Positions 60,418 through 64,000 of a DNA stretch of 64,000 nt are shown one piece after another. Source of the stretch: the human T2T-CHM13v2.0 reference genome, Homo sapiens; assembly GCA_009914755.4 (NCBI GenBank), contig CP068257.2:39904001-39968000 (forward strand), in the 5' to 3' direction. The notes under the pieces were generated by a model, which saw only the letters and a program-made list of their open reading frames with translations, made no database searches and was not told where the DNA came from. The translations under genes were made by a program, and so were the position numbers. How positions within the stretch are numbered: the first letter of the stretch is position 1; every line of letters starts with the position of its first letter.

Positions 60418-60770
60418 AGCTCATGCAGGTAAATACCATGATTGTTGGATTGTATGGTAAGAGTATGTTTAGTTTTACAAGAAATTGCCAATTTTTTTTT
60501 CCAAATTGGTTGTAGCATTTTGCATCCCACCAGCAATTGATGAGAGTCCTCACCAGTGTTTGCTGGTGTTGGCGTTTCAAATTTTGGGTACTTGAATACT
60601 TTTGTAATAATATCTCATTTTGTCATAATGTTTGACTTTTTAAGGAACTGTGAAACTGTCTTCCAGAGTGGCTGTACCATAAGCAATGCCTGAGAGCTGC
60701 AGTGGCTCCACATCCTTGCCAACATTTTGTGTGGCTACTCTTTTTAAATTTTAGTAACAAAGTTTCTGTC
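60418..60770 (-). mobile_element. Old L1 (L1M-type) fragment, continuation downstream of the Alu insertion
   Basis: ttgttggattgtatggtaagagtatgtttagttttacaagaaattgccaa...ccaaattggttgtagcattttgcatcccaccagcaattgatgagagtcctcaccagtgtttgctggtgttggcgtttcaaattttgggtacttgaatacttttgtaataatatctcattttg resembles the antisense of L1M ...ttgctggatcatatggtaagagtatgtttagttttgtaagaaactgccaaactgtcttccaaagtggctgtaccattttgcattcccaccagcaatgaatgagagttcctgttgctccacatcctcaccagcatttggtgttgtcagtgttttggattttggccattctaataggtgtgtagtggtatctcattg. Confidence 0.55.
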
Positions 60771-61311
60771 CATTTGACCCAGCAATCCCATTACTGGGTA
60801 TATACTCAAAAGAATATAAATCATTCTACCATAAACATACATGCACATGTATATCCATTGCAACACTATTCACAATAGCAAAGACATGGAATCAACCTAA
60901 ATGTCCATCAATGATAGAGTGGATAAAGAAACTGTGGTACATATGCACCAGGCAATACTATGCAGCCATAAAAAAAGAGCAAGATTGTATCCTTTGCAGG
61001 AACATGGATGGAGGCCATTATCCTTAACCAATTAATGCAGGAACAGAAGGCCAAATGCTTCCCATTCTCACTTATAAGTGGGAGTTAAATGATGAAAACA
61101 TGGGGACACATACAGGGGAATAACAGACATTGGGACCTACCTGAGGGTGGAGGGTGGGAGAAGGTTAGATTAGAAAGAATAGCTATTGAGTACTAAGCTT
61201 TTGTACCTGGGTGACTAAATAATCTGTACAATAAACCCTGTGCCATGAGTTACCTATATAAAAAACCTGCACATGTACCTCTGAACCTAAAATTAAAGTT
61301 AAAAAAAAAAA
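60771..61311 (+). mobile_element. Younger L1 (L1PA/PB-like) 3' end (ORF2 C-terminus plus 3'UTR plus poly-A), 5'-truncated, inserted into the old L1M
   Basis: Sense L1: catttgacccagcaatcccattactgggtatatactcaaaagaatataaatcattctaccataaacatacatgcacatgtatatccattgcaacactattcacaatagcaaagacatggaatcaacctaaatgtccatcaatgatagagtggataaagaaactgtggtacatatgcaccaggcaatactatgcagccataaaaaaagagcaag ... gggagttaaatgatgaaaacatggggacacatacaggggaataacag ... aacctgcacatgtacctctgaacctaaaattaaagttaaaaaaaaaaag. Confidence 0.85.
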
Positions 61312-64000
61312 GAAACACAGGTTCTTATCAGCTTTTTAATGCTTACATAATAAATAGAGCACAGGCATGTTTCACTGAGTCCTCTGCTTGGGTCTCAGCC
61401 AAGCTCTAATCCAGGTGTCTGGCTGGCTAAGTTTGCATTGAGCTTTAACCAGAGAAAAGATCCACTTCCAAGCTCACTCATCTTATGGGCAAGATTCAGT
61501 TCTTTGCAGTTGTTGGACTGAAGGCTTCAATTTCCTGTTGTTCAGAGACCACCTCAGCTCCTAGAGGTGCCCTTAGTTCCTGCCACGTGGGTTATCCAAC
61601 ATGACCACGTGCCTTCTCAAAACCAGCAAAGCAGAGAGAGAGAGAGTCCAACAAAACTGATGTTAAATTTTACATTATTGTAATCATGGACATCTGGCCA
61701 CCTTTGCGGTAGTCAGTTGGTTAGATGCATGTCACAGATCCTTCCCACACTCATGGGGAAGGAATTGAACAAGGTCATGAACTCCAGGATGGGGGCGGCT
61801 TACTGAGGCCATTTGAAGAGTCTGTCCACCACAAATATAAAGCTGGGAAAGGCTATAATATACCAGCGAAACCAAAACAAATAAATAGAATTTTAACATG
61901 TAAAGGACAAAGAAATTATTCTGGGAATAGAGGAAATTGTCAAAAAATTATTATGAATTTGTACATTCTTAAAACCAAAACAGCATGATGTAAAAGAAAA
62001 GCAATCAAAAATAAGAAAGCACATATGAAAAATGTTAATCCAATAGTTGAACTATTTTAATAATCAATCATAAATAAAGACAGGAAAACTTCCAAGACAG
62101 TAGAGACTCATCATGTTTCTAATTTTTTTCATCAACATATTCAATAAAAAATAAATAGAGTGTATGCAGGACTTCAAAGTTATGATGGTAAATTCTACAA
62201 GAAATGAGGAGTGATTAATTATCTTTGAGGAATTGGGTGGGAGTGAGAGAAGGATAAGCTGTTTTATGATATCTTTTAATAGTAGATACAGTTCTTAAAT
62301 ATATGATTATATTGCTTTAACTTTAAAAAAAAATAGACAATGACAGTGCCAGGACTTTAACTTCAAGAATGAAAAACAAATCTAAGAGAACCATAGAATG
62401 GCATTACCTTGACAAATATAACCTGTTCTATATTTTGGCTCCCTGTCCTATGGATTCAGATCCCTGGCTTTTCAATGAATGCATCTGTAGTAGTAGACTC
62501 ACATTAATCAATGTAACAGAGACTGATGTATAAACCGTAACACTAACTTACAATTTATAGTGAAGTACACAATCACCAGAGACCATTTTTCTTCATAGAG
62601 AGCCTAGGAATCCAAACTATAATCAGAGAATTGCAATGGTAGATCTGGGCTCACAACAAGGGAGTCAGCTGGATAAATGGGATATATGGAATCTTTTGAT
62701 GGAAGAGTCTTGTTTAGGGTATGGGAATATTTATCGTCCTTGCCCCTAGACTAAGTTTCTATAGGCCCAGCCAATCTTTGTCTCTGTGACCCTCCTTTTA
62801 CTCTGCTTACTTGGCTGATAAAATTGGCCCTTCATTTACACACCTAATTGATTAAGACATGACATCATTCAGGTCGTTGTCAAGTTAAGCTTTCCTGGGC
62901 ACTACTCTGTGTCATTAAGAAAGGTTTGCACATCTTTGCCCTGATCAGCTACTTCTGTATTGTAAGGTTTAACTCTCAGGGAACAATCGTAGTTTGACTA
63001 TTTTCAAGTGGTTAAGAAATCATTCCACTATTTTCCCAAAGTACCAAAATAGATATTAATAGAATATTGGCTAAGATAACCCTGTTTCCAATATTAATTG
63101 ATTAGTCTATTTTAAAATAACTCTGTTTAGAACTACTTTAAGTTATCTTTAATTAAAAACAGAGGCTTTTACTCTCTACTTATTTGATAGTGATTAATGA
63201 GCACTTTAAAAGTGCTTCATCTTCCTAAGAATTAAGCTCAGAAAAAACTCTAAACTCCCCATAAAATAAAGAGAAGAAATAAATTATTTTCTCAGCTGCT
63301 ATCTCCTCAAATATTGCTTCTGTCCATTTTCTTTCTTCTCTCATCCTGAAACTCTGGTCCTTTCGCCATGTATTTCAAGTCTAATATTCTCTCTTGTCTT
63401 TCTCATCTTTAGTCTCTGCTTGCTTAAATCTGGCTATTTTCTTGTGGTCTATCTTCCAGTTTAATAATTCTCTCTTCAGCTGTTTCCATTCTGTTGTAAA
63501 ACATGCTCCTTGCATTTTTAATTTGTTATTGTATTTTTCAGTTCTAGAATTTCTTTTTTTCCCCCAAAGCTGCTCTAACTTCCACAGATGAATATGTTTG
63601 GTATTCTATTAATATTTTAAATCTTGTTTTTCATATCCTTGAACACCATAAACACAATTATTTTGGAGACTGTGTCTGATAATTATTTTATTTAGGGTGC
63701 TTGTGTGCCAGATCTTTCTGCTAGTTCTAAGTTAGGTTGTCACGTCTCCTGTGCTTCTGGCAATCTTTGATAAAATGCCAAACAAGTATTTAAGAGATTG
63801 CTTAGAAACAATTTGAGACTTGATAGGATGTTGCTTTCTCCAGAGATTATTTTCTTTTATTTCAGCCAGGTGCCTGGAGATACCATCAATCTGGGATTAC
63901 CTTAATACAATTTCAGTGGTGATATTTTTTAGGGCCACTCAGGTGTCTTGAAGCTGAGACAAGTATATGGGAGAACAGGTTTACCTTTAGTTCCTCCTTA

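Overview
This window is primate, almost certainly human, nuclear genomic DNA. It is not a prokaryotic or viral locus.

Evidence from the sequence:
- More than 30 Alu SINEs on both strands, many with intact target-site duplications (TSDs) and long poly-A tails.
- Several L1 LINE fragments, including a clean 5'-truncated insertion with an 18-bp TSD and a twin-priming-type inverted L1.
- MIR fragments.
- A degenerate endogenous-retrovirus pol (RT) fragment cut by the left window edge.
- MaLR/MER-type ancient repeats and a hAT-like MITE relic.
- Many micro- and minisatellites: (CA)n, (GT)n, (CT)n(CA)n, (TGTC)n, (AAAT)n, a ~565-bp polypurine GGAA/GAAA tract, a ~210-bp (TGGA)n, and a ~1.1-kb 23-bp-unit minisatellite.

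Coding content:
- I cannot support any protein-coding gene, tRNA/rRNA gene, CRISPR array or operon-like structure.
- The longest six-frame ORFs (216/226 aa, 207 aa, 181 aa, 166 aa) are translation artefacts of low-complexity repeats or Alu/L1/ERV sequence.
- Exons of a host gene could still be present, because human exons are short and cannot be recognised without homology or expression data. The GC-rich, ORF-dense blocks at ~21.4-22.6 kb, ~46-49 kb and ~53-54.5 kb are the only places worth a targeted look.

No novel biological system of the kind found in prokaryotic accessory regions is visible. The interesting content is the repeat architecture: nested and dated insertions, probably polymorphic young Alus, a VNTR interrupted by an AluY, and H-DNA/G4-prone tracts.

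Coordinates of repeat boundaries are estimated by eye and may be off by a few bp.
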